Source of the DNA: Octopus vulgaris
Taxonomy: Eukaryota
NCBI GenBank assembly: GCA_951406725.2
Contig: CATOCA020000001.1
Coordinates: forward strand, 992,001-1,056,000
DNA: 64,000 nucleotides
Reading direction: 5' to 3'
Position 1 is the first letter of the stretch; every line of letters starts with the position of its first letter. The translations under genes and the position numbers were made by a program. The notes under the pieces were generated by a model. The model was not told the origin of the DNA, ran no database searches, and was given only the letters and a program-made list of their open reading frames with translations. Shown here piece by piece: positions 43,938 through 56,776 of this stretch.

Positions 43938-44621
43938 CGGTGATGAATAAAAAGTAATATAAGTAGCAATAAAATAGAAAAGATGGACAAGAAAAACAAT
44001 AACAAAAAAATTGGGAATGAGGATAGAAATGATAATAAAAATATATCAACATAAGTAAAATTATCAGACATACACACAGACACAAACGTACGAGGGACAC
44101 ACCAAACGTTGTTTTATGTTGTGGACGACTAGCTACATTAACATCCTTCCTAAAGAAATTGAAACGGCATATGCAGACATCACCCTGGACAGTTTGACTA
44201 AATTGCCCCAGCTGTAGCTCACTGTACAAATAAAGAATGACGACCACCAATTCCAGCACGTCATGTAATTGTAGAGTTTAAAATAACTCATATTATTGAA
44301 TCAGTATCTCAAAAGAGTGAGGATGAATATATTTCTATACTTTCTTCTCTTGAAGTGAGTATAACCCTGCATAAATATATATTTCAAAATATACCCACCT
44401 ATAGACACAAATGCAAACATAGATATTCACGTGCAATCGTACACTCATACACAAAATGTTAGACAAATATGGAGACACATAGAGTCACAAACATTTCATA
44501 GACATCTTCATACACACACTTACATGAAAATAGTAGCAGAACATAAGTTAGAGATAGAGAGAGAAAAAGGAAGATGAGAAAAATTTCGTAAATAAAATAT
44601 GAAAAAACATAACCAACTTAC

Positions 44622-44693
44622 AAGAGGGTTAAACTTGGAATGTTTTGAAAGGATCCTTGTGGGATGGTTGTGATCTGATTCCTATCGAGATAT
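44622..44693 (-). CDS. Adhesion GPCR exon: leucine-rich repeat (YLDRNQITTIPQGSFQNIPSLTLL); most 5' exon found
   Basis: 72 bp, phase 2-2, gtttcag / gtaagt; LxxNxIxxIPxxxFxxxxxLxxL consensus. Confidence 0.92.
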
Positions 44694-44769
44694 CTGAAAC
44701 ATAAAACACAGTTCACAAGAAAAATTATTAAAAAGATTTCTTATCAAATATTAATTCTTGTATCTTTAG

Positions 44770-45120
44770 AATCATATTAATAAAAAGAGGACGGTGAAGG
44801 AGAGAATGGCCGAAATGATGTTGATGATGATGATGATGAGAAGGAGGATTGCGATGTTGATTGTAAATGTTGTAATAATGACGGTGAGAAGGAAAAATGG
44901 TGATGATTATTATCGAAAACGATGACAAACCCTACCGAGTAATTGGTGATGAAGACGCTGATTATTACGATGTTCATAACGAAGGTGATGACGATTCTGC
45001 ATGCTAGAAATAGCAGAGTAAATGAGGGAAGGAAATAGTTATGATGACAAGATAAATTATAACGATTAGTGAATACGAAAATACGATTAGCAGAAGGACT
45101 ATGAATATGATAGCGATGAA

Positions 45121-45191
<71 letters not shown>

Positions 45192-45222
45192 CGATGATGG
45201 CGATGATGATGATGACGACGAC

Positions 45223-45277
<55 letters not shown>

Positions 45278-45670
45278 GCAATGATGATGATGATGACGAC
45301 GACGATGATGATGATGATGATGATGGTGATGACGATGATGAAGATGATGACCATAATGATGATGAAAGATGTGATGAAAAATCAAAAATTGATAAGAATA
45401 ACGAAGGTGAAGGAAAATAAATCATAGAATTATAGATATAGAAAAATAGAAGAAGACGAAGAAGAAAAAGAAGAAGCAAAAATGATTCATGAAGAGAGGA
45501 GAAAGCAGTTCAAAAAATTAAAAGCAGAAGAACCAGAAAATGATGAACAAGATGAATGTAGAGAAAAATTTATGATGAAGACGATAAATGCAAGAAAACA
45601 AGACATATTAAGACAAGAAAATAACGTGGAATATCAGAATGGGGAAACAAGTGAGAATAAAAGAATATAA
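44770..45670. repeat. (GAT)n core with long degenerate purine-rich trinucleotide flanks
   Basis: Near-pure repeat 45117-45365; flanks keep 3-nt periodicity but contain stops. Confidence 0.85.
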
Positions 45671-45704
45671 ATACAAATACTGTAGTCACACATCAAACAA
45701 ACAT

Positions 45705-45772
<68 letters not shown>

Positions 45773-45832
45773 GTTTATGTATTTGTTTTGCAAGAATTTT
45801 GATGTGAAATCGTGTGTTGAAACAGATATTTG

Positions 45833-46299
45833 TTGTATTTAGGAATGGTCATTTTGTCAGATTAGCCAATAAAAACACACGCACTATATATTTGGTGTTA
45901 CTTTCCTTCAGCGTTATTTATTTTTTAGATTAATCTTACTCTTATTTCGGTCAGAGTTCTTTCGTCACGCTCCTGTGACCTCGTCAGTGGTTCATTGCTT
46001 TCTTCATTTATATTTGTGTGTCTCTTCTTACTAACGGTCAGCCATTTTGTATTTTGTATTTCTATTGTATGTGTCTTCATTTGCGCCTGAGTATACCTCA
46101 ATATGTGTCTATATTTAGTTAAAGTGTGTGTGTCTGTGGGAGGGAGTGCCTGTAATATCTGTATCTCCTGTTTATATACGTTCGAAAGAAGATTAAGATT
46201 AACATCAAAAATAAATAAAGCTGAATCAAAGTAACACCAAATATATAGTGCGTGAGTTTTTATTGGCTAAACTGGCAATATGACCATTGCTAAATACAA
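45833..46299. repeat. Inverted-repeat element (arms about 105 bp) between microsatellites
   Basis: 45833-45936 is the reverse complement of about 46189-46299. Confidence 0.85.
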
Positions 46300-46396
<97 letters not shown>

Positions 46397-46429
46397 TGTG
46401 TCTGTGTACATACACACATCCACCTATAA

Positions 46430-49205
46430 ATACATTATCAAACCCTGATTTATAAACGCACACACTCACTTCCAGGCATCACATATATTCCCACTTTCTT
46501 ACACACACGCAAAAATACGAGACCAAGGTAGAATACGAGACCAAGGTAGAAGACAGGATGAGGAAGAACAACATAGTACAAGGAACAACAAAAATTGATA
46601 TTTCTGCGGAGAATGGAAAACATGAATGATATGCAGCGTGCGCAGTATCAGGACCAACAGAAAAGCGTAATGTAACAGAGAAGGGAGAATATGGATGATT
46701 TGGAAAGGGCTGCTTGTCTCCAAGGTCAAACAGAGAGACATGAAGATGGTGTTGCAAGTGTGAATGCTGAACAGGCGTTGCGTTTGCGAGATGAACAGGT
46801 GCAACGAAAGCGTGAAGGAAGACATGGACTACCACTGAACAGACACAATAATCCTAAACGAACCTATCGTATTGGTGATATGTACTTATATTGCGAGTAT
46901 TGTGGAGCACTGAACTTTAAATATGAAAACTTCATTGTTCTGTCACAATAATAAAGTGAATTTTCCTCCACTGCAACTAAACCCTCAGACTTTGAAGCGT
47001 TTGTCTGCGAAAATTGCCAAGAGTCTGCTTCATTTCGAAAAAATCATCAGCAATTACAACTGCATATCTTCCTTTACGTCATTTGGTGTGAAACACTCTG
47101 TGCTACAAGGAAGAGGTCTACATTGTTTCTGTATTGTTGTGGAAGGATTCCGACCACCTTCCAATTGACTAAACGTGAACTGACACATTCTTATTAAATA
47201 GACAACTCTCGAGTCTTCAGCAATTAATTGGAAAATAGTTCAATGTGAGCCATTGACTGAGAGCGTTGGGTAATCGATTCGTGTCGTGTAAACACTTTAT
47301 TTCACCCTGAATCCTTAAATCATACGTTCCAAACCAGGGTATAAAAGTGGCGAAGAGTTCTTCGAGGTTTGCGCTGGACGTTTAAATTTGTTTGGGATGG
47401 GTATGAAACCAAAGAAAAATCGTTTAAGATAGAAGGCTTATTGTCGTCTGTGGTGCAGTTGCAACAGCAACAATAGTAACAACAACAAGAGCAATTACAA
47501 CAGCAACAACAACAAAACCAAGAGTTGCTGGAATTAATGCTAATGAAGTCTAAAATTTCTTCAGGTGCGAAATTGCCAGACAGCGTAGCAATCTCTATTG
47601 AAGAATTCAGTTATAATCCAGAAGATGGGATTACCTTCTCTGCATATTTTCTAAGATACGAAAAAATTTTCAATGAAGAATTTATAAATTGATCTGAGGG
47701 GAAAAATAGTACGACTACATTGTAAGACAGGTATCCCTTACCAAATACAAAAAAATATAGTAATTATATTCTGCCCATGAAGTCAGGTGAGATTTGTTTC
47801 AATAAAAACTATTAACATTTTATCAAATGATTTAGAACTGGACGAAAATTAACTCTACAGACAGAAGCAGAAGAATGCCAGGGAACACGACGCAGAAAAT
47901 AATGAAGAAAAAGATTGCTCTCATATTCCAGTGTCTCCACCGTAACGGATAAGAAATAAGACAAAAAATGTCAAGAAGGAGTCCATGTTGTGGTCTACCT
48001 GTGCCGAGGATGTTAACGGAAAGTGTAAAAAATTCAAATTATATGAATCAAGATGATGTTCAAATGCATATTTTTGGTTTAAGGCCTAACTGCAAGCAAA
48101 GATGGAAATATATGTTCACGGATGTCAACAAAATTAGAACTCGACAAAAAGTAACTCTACAAACTGAAGCAGAAGAATGTCAGGAAAGACGACGCAGAAA
48201 AAAATGAAGAAAGCGACGCGCAAAAAGAAATTGAAGAAAAAGATTGCTCTCATATACGAGTGTCTCCAATGTAACGGATAAGAAATAAGAGAAAAAATGT
48301 CAAGATCGAATCCATGTTCTGGGTGCGGTGGTCAACATTTTAAAAGTAATTGCCAGTTTAAAAATATAAAAGGCGTCAGATGAGGCAAGAGAGATCATGA
48401 AAAAATCACACTGTAGAACAAACCTGAAAAACAGTTCAACAGAAAGAAAACACGAAAACAGGTTATCGGTGACCAAAAAACGAACAGCCTCAAAGGAAAT
48501 TTGTGTACGTAAAGTTGCAACTAGAATAGGGCAGTGATATTTCGATAGTTAACACAGATACATAGAAAAAAAACAGAATTCCTAGATTAAAAGACATTTC
48601 GAAAATTGTAGGTGGTGTTTCAGGAAAATAATTACATTTTAATGACATAATGATAAATCACGTTCCATTTCGTAGGAAAACCTTAAAAACCAAAGATTTT
48701 GTGTTGAATAATATCACAAATTTAATCGGAACACTGAATAGAATTGTTTAACTTATGCGAACTCCCCATAAATCTTTTCTGTAAAAATGTGAATGGTTTT
48801 CTTGCCAATACAAATGAATCGTCAGACGATTTGTAAAAATAATTTTAAAAGATTTTTCCTAAGTTCTCTCTGATAAATTAGATCTCAGCATCACAACGAA
48901 AACGAAGTTCCAAGTAAAAGTAAATGCCAAACCGGTATTTAAATATAAGCGAACTGTAACTTTTGCATCGTTGGAACAGATATGCTTTTGCGTCGTTAGA
49001 AACAAATAAACAAAATCAGAGTGTATGCTGATTTTTTCCACTGGTTTAAATGAGTGTCTTAAAACGTTCCACTATCCGCTACCTACCCTGGGAGATATAG
49101 TTGCAAAATTAGACGGTGGCAATTTATTTTCTTAATTGGATCTCCCTGACGCATACCTACATATTAGCGTAGACGATGAATGCTATAAATACCTAAAAAT
49201 TAACG

Positions 49206-49261
<56 letters not shown>

Positions 49262-52190
49262 ACAGGTTACTATTTGTCTTTAATGTCACACCGGCAATTT
49301 TTCAACAGCTTATAGATGCAGTGTTAGCGGATAGTGAATTTGCATTTTCATATCCGGATGATATACTCATTAAAAGCGAATCACAAGATCAACATGTAGA
49401 GCACGTAATATATATGTTCGAAAAATTTAGGGATTACAGTGAAAAAGAAAGCGTGAATTTTCTTCTTAACAAAAATAAAATTGGACAAACAATTGAAAGA
49501 AATGGACGAGGACCAGATCCGTTGAAGGCAGACGCAATTAAATACATGCCCCCTCCGACAAGTATAACGACCTTACATGATTGCTTTGGAGACAGGCTAA
49601 TTATTACCAAAATTATATTCTAAATATGCATAGGGTAAGTGTTACAGTAGATTATGTATTTAAAAAATGTCAATTGAAATTGCTCTGAAAATTGTCAAAG
49701 GGAATTCGACGAAATTTTAAAATATTAACATCTGTTTGTTGTTAGCACGCTTCGATTCTGTAGCGGAGAATGTTGTAACTTCAGATGCCTCTGAATACTG
49801 TATCGGCGCAGTAATGCTACATAAATAAAAAGATGGTAACATGAAGGCGGTGGTTCTTGATATCAGCAGAAAATATTACAGCCAAATCAAAAAAGAGGCT
49901 CTTGTAATTATTTTTGCCATAAAAAATTGCATAGATTTTTACACGGCAGAAGTTTTTGAATACAGACAGATCATCGGCCGTTATTATCAGTACAAGAGTA
50001 AAAGAAATAAATATGTAGCCGTACTGCTAATAGACTGCAACGCTGGGGTACTGTATTATTAAACTATGAATTTTAGAGTATATACCATCTAAAAATTAGG
50101 ACCCGGTAATTGTTTATCAAGACCGATTTCAGAAAATGCTGAAGCATTTGAAGATACCGTGATTGCTACTTTGCGAGCGGAAAATGAAATTAAAAGCAAA
50201 CTGTATAACTCCATGCGCGAACTGCTATTTACGTTACAAGACATAAAATTACAATTGGGAAACCATATATTCATAAAAAATGAAAGAAATGCAGAAGTGT
50301 TAAAGAGATGAAAGATATTCGAGTCTATCACAAGGTGTGACAATGTGCTGATGTATGCACAAAGAGTCGTAGTGACAGCCACACTACAAAAGCAATTACT
50401 AAAGGAATTTCATATTGAGTCAAAGGGATTTCAATAATGAAATCGTTAAGGAGAATTTAGGTATACTGGCCAACAACGGACTGTAACATTGAAGACATTG
50501 TGATAGTATGCAATACGCTGTTCTGTAGCTCCAAATACACCCGTCACGAAATGGCAACCGTGGCCAAAATCACTTAAGGTTTCATGTCACTTCGTTTTGG
50601 GGGACTGTTTTTCAACGTGGTCTGAAGTGCATAAATGTAGAAAGCCGACATCTCTGGTTACAAAGATATTTGATGTTTGTTAGAATAATCAGATCCATCT
50701 TTGATCAGCCGATACCGAGTGAAAATATATAAAAAAGAAACAATATTTCAAAATTCTTCAAGTTAGGTTACAAACTTTATTAAAGACCTATACATATTTG
50801 AAACAAGGCTGGGAGGATGGTAAAATTGTTATATAAATTGCAAGAATGATATTCCTGGTAAAATGTAAAAACAAATATCGAACATAAAAGACTTATTAAC
50901 CAACTTAAAACCTGATTCAAGGAAAAATCAGACAAAAGAAGTGAATTTTTGATGAAAGTATTGCACGACACGTTTGAAGTACCAACACAGAAACAATTTG
51001 TAATTACAAGTTCTAGCACCAGAAAACGAAACGAATGGAAAAACAAGAATTGAACCCTAAGCATAAGAGATATTAAAATTCTGAGCGACTTTAATTCTCA
51101 AGTGGAGAATTTAGGGGAGACTAATTCTATAAAGGGGAGATGCTGTGGAAAGATTCTGACAACATTACAAGTGACTAAAAGTGGTCTGACACATTTCCAT
51201 TACATGGAGAACTGTCTAGTCGTAAGCAATTTATTGTGAACAATTGATTGGTAAGCATTTCCCTATGATCCGTTGGCAGAGAGCGTCGAGTCTCACGTAA
51301 TAGTAATCGTATTGCGTCGTGTAAACAGCTTCGTTAAATTATATATCCAATACCAGGATATAGAACGTATTCAGGGCCAAACTTAGCACAACACTACGAA
51401 CTGTCAATGGTCGCCTGCAGTACAGTCAGTTGTATATTATTAATGCATCAAAGAGTGGAAGCAAGTCAGAACTCCCAAAGCTCTTCTCAAAGAATGGGTG
51501 TCATGTGCAACAAGTAAATCCTTAGGCTGAGTTATATGGGAACATGCACTTAATTGAATAACAAGAGATTGGAAGTGCCAGGAGTGAAAATGTACAATTA
51601 CGAAAGTGTGAAATACGTTTCAAAAGAACGGGTTATATAAGGCGCTACAAATTTTCCCCTTGCAATGAAATAACTGCACCCTGAAAACCCTAAGGACGTA
51701 AAAAAAATTTATTTAAAATTGGTATTTTGGATGTTCCAGGTGCTAAGCGCTTTGAGAAGTGAGCACTGTAGGAGGTGAAATCTATGCAACATTTAAAGAT
51801 GCGTACATATGAGTTGGTCTCCTCCAAAATGATGAGGGTTTGGAGCATACTATACTTGAAGCTGCTGCGTATCGGATGCCATTTCAGTTGTGTATTACGT
51901 TTGCTGTCCTCTGCATCTATTCAAATCCTTCCAATGTTCTTCACCCGTGGAATACTGACAAGAATTCTATGATGGAAGATTATGCTCACCGAGGGCTGAA
52001 TGCAGACTCTACACTCCATAAATTCTGTGTTAATTGAAAATGGCACCAGCTGGTTTAATATTAGCTTGCTTGTACTAATTGGAATGTAACGGGTTGAGCA
52101 GAAAGATGACATGAACCACCAACGCATTGCAACCCTTACCAACGAGCAGAAAGGGATCGCTGATGCAGTCATTAAAGCCATTGGTAAGAA
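46430..52190 (+). mobile_element. Degenerate autonomous-type Helitron (Rep/Pif1 helicase ORF remnants) split by a Gypsy insertion
   Basis: CEYCGALNF..E, NYN...FTSFG, HCF|RIQGQ, YSQLYI, VPGAKRFE, EAA..RMPFQL..FA and LTNEQK motifs; ends approximate. Confidence 0.82.
47135..51365 (+). mobile_element. Gypsy/Ty3 LTR retrotransposon with both LTRs, decayed gag-pol
   Basis: 5' LTR 47135-47346 followed by gtggcg PBS-like site; PPT aaaggggaga before 3' LTR 51141-51365; RT (YPDDILI), RNase H (YSQIKKEAL) and integrase remnants; TSD tgtat/cgtat. Confidence 0.88.
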
Positions 52191-53254
52191 AAGGTTGAGG
52201 TGAGATGCTGGAATCTTTCTGCTGATTTTCCCGGAGGCTTTAACTTCATAAATTCCAATTCAATCCGTACACTTCGGTAAATTTCTTATTTAATTTTGCA
52301 ACGTTTGGTGTTTTCTTTTTGTTGTTGTTGACGGAATTACTGATAAAAGTAAGTTCATAATTTACTAACAGGCGTAACTTCAAACACTTCACTTAAACCC
52401 GCGCACATAGTTAATTTCCCTAAAAAATTTGTTATTTACTTTTGCGCCGGTTTTTTGTTTGTCTGTTTTTAATGGCTTATTTCTGGTTCCTTCGATACTG
52501 GCACTTTGGTTCAGTTAGTGATAAATTTCGCTTCAACACGTACAATTCTTAATTCTCCGGAAAACTATCTTGATAATGTTCTGCTCGTCGTATTAAGAAC
52601 TATAATTTTTGTTACCCAGTTTTTTTCATTGTTTACCATCTTCTGCGCTCGTGTATTTCTGTATAACCATGCCTAGAAGGAAGGAGTCAAATATGTCTCC
52701 AATGTCAAGGTAAAGCATCTCAGAGTGAGGAACAGAGGTATACACGGCTGACAAGGAATAAGATCTCCACTGCAGAGAGACAAGGAATAAGATCTCCACT
52801 AATTACATTTATTTTTGACTGAGTATTCGTTTTCCTCTCCTCCCTATTTTCTTTCATCTTTCTCTTCTACTACTTTCTTTTCCCTCTAAGCAGTTATGAA
52901 AGCGAAAGCTCATTACGTCACTTTATCTAAAGAGGAACGCAATACTTCCTCGTTCATATTTGAATCTTTTGCATGTCTGCAGTCTTATTTGTATTTTATT
53001 CGTTCCCCAACTAGATGGCAATATAAGAACATGCCAGATGACCCTCGAAATCTTTAGTCACACACAACTTTATCGATGTGCCTGATGGGATCCAGACTGA
53101 TCGATGCAGCACAACACGTTGAACAGATACCCACAAATAAAGGACAATAGCAAGACGGGACGAAACGAAAGTTGTACAGAATAAAATTTAATACCAGATC
53201 CATCATTTCGTTACTTAATATAATTATGTATACACAAATACACACAAACACGCA

Positions 53255-53299
<45 letters not shown>

Positions 53300-53351
53300 T
53301 CTTTTTGTTCCACGTCTTCACGTTGTTGTGGTTTTTTGTGCTTTCTTATAT

Positions 53352-53421
<70 letters not shown>

Positions 53422-53424
<3 letters not shown>

Positions 53425-55320
53425 GGTGGGCCGGCCTGTGAAACCCACCGACAAAGCAATTTTCTAGACATCCTACTGAAACCCTTGCTGAAATACATCA
53501 AAAGTTTCATTAGAGAAAAAGCAATTAATGAAGAGGCAATATTGGGTTCCCTCGATGTTATCAATCTTTACAACAACATCCCCCATGGCTTTGGAATAAA
53601 ATCAATTAAATTCTGGTTGGAAAATTACTCCCAGAATGCATAAGCTAGATTTTTATAATTTAATACTTAAAATTTATATTTCAGAACAATTATTTCCTCT
53701 TTGATGACGCATACTATCGTCAGAAATGCGGAATTGCGATGGGAACGAAAGCAGCTCCTGTTCTTGCGAACCTCATAATGGGTTATTTTGAATTCACCTT
53801 ATATGAAGTATCAATTCAGAAATATGGTTACCCACTTTACCTGTACATTAGAGAAAATTGGAAGACATATCTAGATGACTGTTTTATCATCTGGAAGGAG
53901 AACATCGACAAACGCTTGGATTTTAAATCGACACTAAATGACATCAACAGTAACATTCAATTCACAATGGAATATAACAAAGAACAAGTCCCATTTTTAG
54001 ACGTCATGATAAAAAAAGTTAACAATGAAATCATAACTGACATTTATTATAAACCAACTGATTCAAAACAATATCTTCTTTTAACTCATGTCACCCGAAA
54101 CACATCAAAGTAAACATCCCTTTCAATTTAGCAAAAAGGTTCTGCACAATAGTGTCTGATAGAACAACTCGGGATGTTCATCTTCAAGACCTCAAAACAA
54201 TACTTATTGAAAGACAATATCCACCCTCACTTATCGACGAAAGAATTAAACGTGCCAAACAATTCGACACGAAAACACTAAGAACAACAAAGCATTAGAA
54301 AACAACTCAACTCAAAACATTACTATTTATATCAACACACAACCACAGAAACAGTGAGGCATTCACCTCTATTGTGCAAAGTCATCCTTTGCTAAATTGA
54401 GATTCAAAAAGGAACGACAACCTGAAAACACAGAAACTCATCAAATGCAAAAACAAGACAAATCGCTAAAGAGACTACTAACAAACGCGAAGCTTTACAA
54501 AGCAACCAAAAAACCACCGGTTGAAAAATGTGGACGCCCAAACTGTGGAACCTGCCCCAACCTGCTTGAAGGCTCGGACTTCCTTTTCAAAAAAGGACAG
54601 AGGTTCAAAATTAAAACTAGTTTCACTTGTGCATCTGAGAACCTAATTCATGTAATAACCTGCTCGGGTTGAGGACACCACTATATTGGACAAACGAGTA
54701 TGACCTTGAGAAAGAGAACCACTCTAAATAAAGGGCAAAACCGTTTCCCGGAATACAGACAAATTCCTTTCAGTGAACATATAGAAACTTGTGCAGGTAA
54801 CATCAAACCAAATTCCACACTCTTCCCTTTTTATCAGTGCAAAGACGCAATCTCTCAACTAGAACGTTTAAATAAAGAAACTTTTTTCATTGAAAAATAC
54901 AAGAGAAAGCCTTAATATCCACGCATAAACAACCGTTATCTTTTTTATATATTTCAATTCACGATTACATCACTGTACATAAATCCCCTACTAAACAAGG
55001 TTTTTGAAACTTGTCTGTCTGTACTTCTATATAATCCGCACCCATTACCGAAAGCTGAACCGTTATCTCCCTTACCCACAACAATAACATGAATAACGAC
55101 AACCAATAACCGCCCTTTATTTATCCACTTGTGAAGTCATTCACTCCTGAATTTCATCAAACACAACATGGACAAAATTTCTTTCTAAGAAAAAATATAT
55201 ATTCAAATAAGTAAAATATAATATCATGAATAGCGATATCGAAACCGGTCAATATATTAAAAATTATATGAAAACTATGTAAGTGTGCGTATTTTCCTTT
55301 TTTAATTTCTTATATACATG
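53422..55320 (+). mobile_element. 5'-truncated Penelope-like element (RT + GIY-YIG), family distinct from 16501-18940
   Basis: MGTKAAP, YLDDCF, PFLDV, YYKPTD and NLIHVITC...YIGQT motifs; starts at (TA)n. Confidence 0.9.
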
Positions 55321-55380
55321 ACAACTCACCACGTGGGGATAATCGAAATTCCTCTTTTCTGTTACTACAACTACTACTAT

Positions 55381-55459
<79 letters not shown>

Positions 55460-55464
<5 letters not shown>

Positions 55465-55823
55465 AAACAAGTCAAAATAGAAAATACTAAAATAATTTTA
55501 TAAAGAACATTTCAGTACCGGTTTCGGTCATTTTGAGACCTTTTCAACTGTAACGATTAAATAATTAAATTTAGAAAAATTAGAAGAAAAGTTTTTTTAA
55601 AGGAATATTTGTATAGTGTTCAGATATAAGTGGCATTCTGCCTTTCTCTGAGTCCCTTGTTTGCACTTGTGTGTTCGAGGTCGTTGTGAAATCTTGGTAG
55701 GGTAGAAGAAGAATTTAATTATTTAATCGTTACAGTTGAAAAGGTCTCAAAATGTCCGAAACCGGTACTGAAATGTTCTTTATAAAATTATTTTAGCATT
55801 TTCTATTTTGACTTGTTTTTTCA
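55460..55823. repeat. Near-perfect inverted-repeat element (arms about 112 bp) in (TA)n
   Basis: 55460-55571 is the reverse complement of 55712-55823 with about two mismatches. Confidence 0.92.
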
Positions 55824-55987
55824 TATATATCAACTCGTGTGTTCCTTTTCACCCTATATACATATATATATATATAGGATATGAGATGTAATGTTGTCAA
55901 GGAGACCCAAATGTGTCAGTTAAAGCTGAGTAAGTGCTATGGACATGCAAATGAGGAGTCCAACGTTGGTCATATTTTAACATCTAT

Positions 55988-56271
55988 ATGTATAAAATCA
56001 ACAGAAGGAATTAAAAATGCAAGGCTGTGAAATATTTAAGAACTTTTCTAAAGAGAAGACGTTACAGCTGTTTCCGGGATATTTATGTATCTCTTTATCG
56101 GGGACGTTGCGAGAAGATGGTTAAGCAATAGGTATTCTAGAATACCTATTGCTTAACCATTCTCTCACACCGTCCTCGATGAAAGGATATATAAAATATC
56201 CCTGGAACAGCTGAAAGACCTCTCTATAAATGTTCTGAAATCTTTCACAGCCTTGGACATTTATCTGATTC

Positions 56272-56279
<8 letters not shown>
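55988..56279. repeat. Spacer-less palindrome with perfect 44-bp centre (56117-56160)
   Basis: atggttaagcaataggtattctagaatacctattgcttaaccat; diverged arms extend about 145 bp each side. Confidence 0.88.
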
Positions 56280-56309
<30 letters not shown>

Positions 56310-56341
56310 TTTATTTAAAGCAGCAGAAAATTCAACAAAAC

Positions 56342-56373
56342 CTGTTACTCTGAGTTTCCCGTTCATCAGACAG
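56342..56373 (-). ncRNA. Minimal hammerhead ribozyme-like motif with stem II reduced to 4 nt
   Basis: cugu-CUGAUGA-acgg-GAAAC-ucaga-GUA-acag; stem I cugu/acag is perfect. Confidence 0.6.
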
Positions 56374-56380
56374 CTTTTGC

Positions 56381-56428
<48 letters not shown>

Positions 56429-56685
56429 TGCACACACACACACACACACACATATATATACATAAAAATACATATATGTATGTATAAATGAAAGTGTATG
56501 TGTTTATCTATGATTGCTTACGAATTTCATTTTCAAATTTCTCAATCTCGAATTATAGGTTGTCCATAAATAGTGGACCTGGAAACCGTAAAGCTATTTT
56601 TCTATATGAAATACCAATTTTCTAGTATTTTGGCCGGAGAAACAGTAGAATTACCCGATCAACGACAATTATTACTGCTAGTATA

Positions 56686-56774
<89 letters not shown>

Positions 56775-56776
<2 letters not shown>

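Noticed and set aside
44770-45670. Apparent poly-Asp acidic (biomineralisation-like) or poly-His protein
   Set aside because: The acidic frame is broken by stops and frame changes; best explained as a decaying (GAT)n microsatellite
52749-52800. 22-bp direct repeat gacaaggaataagatctccact x2 (and a 19-bp one near 46516-46550)
   Set aside because: Simple local duplications with no further structure
56522-56593. 72-bp AG...GT interval on the minus strand resembling another LRR exon
   Set aside because: Stop codon in the required phase 2-2 frame, no LRR consensus, poor pyrimidine tract
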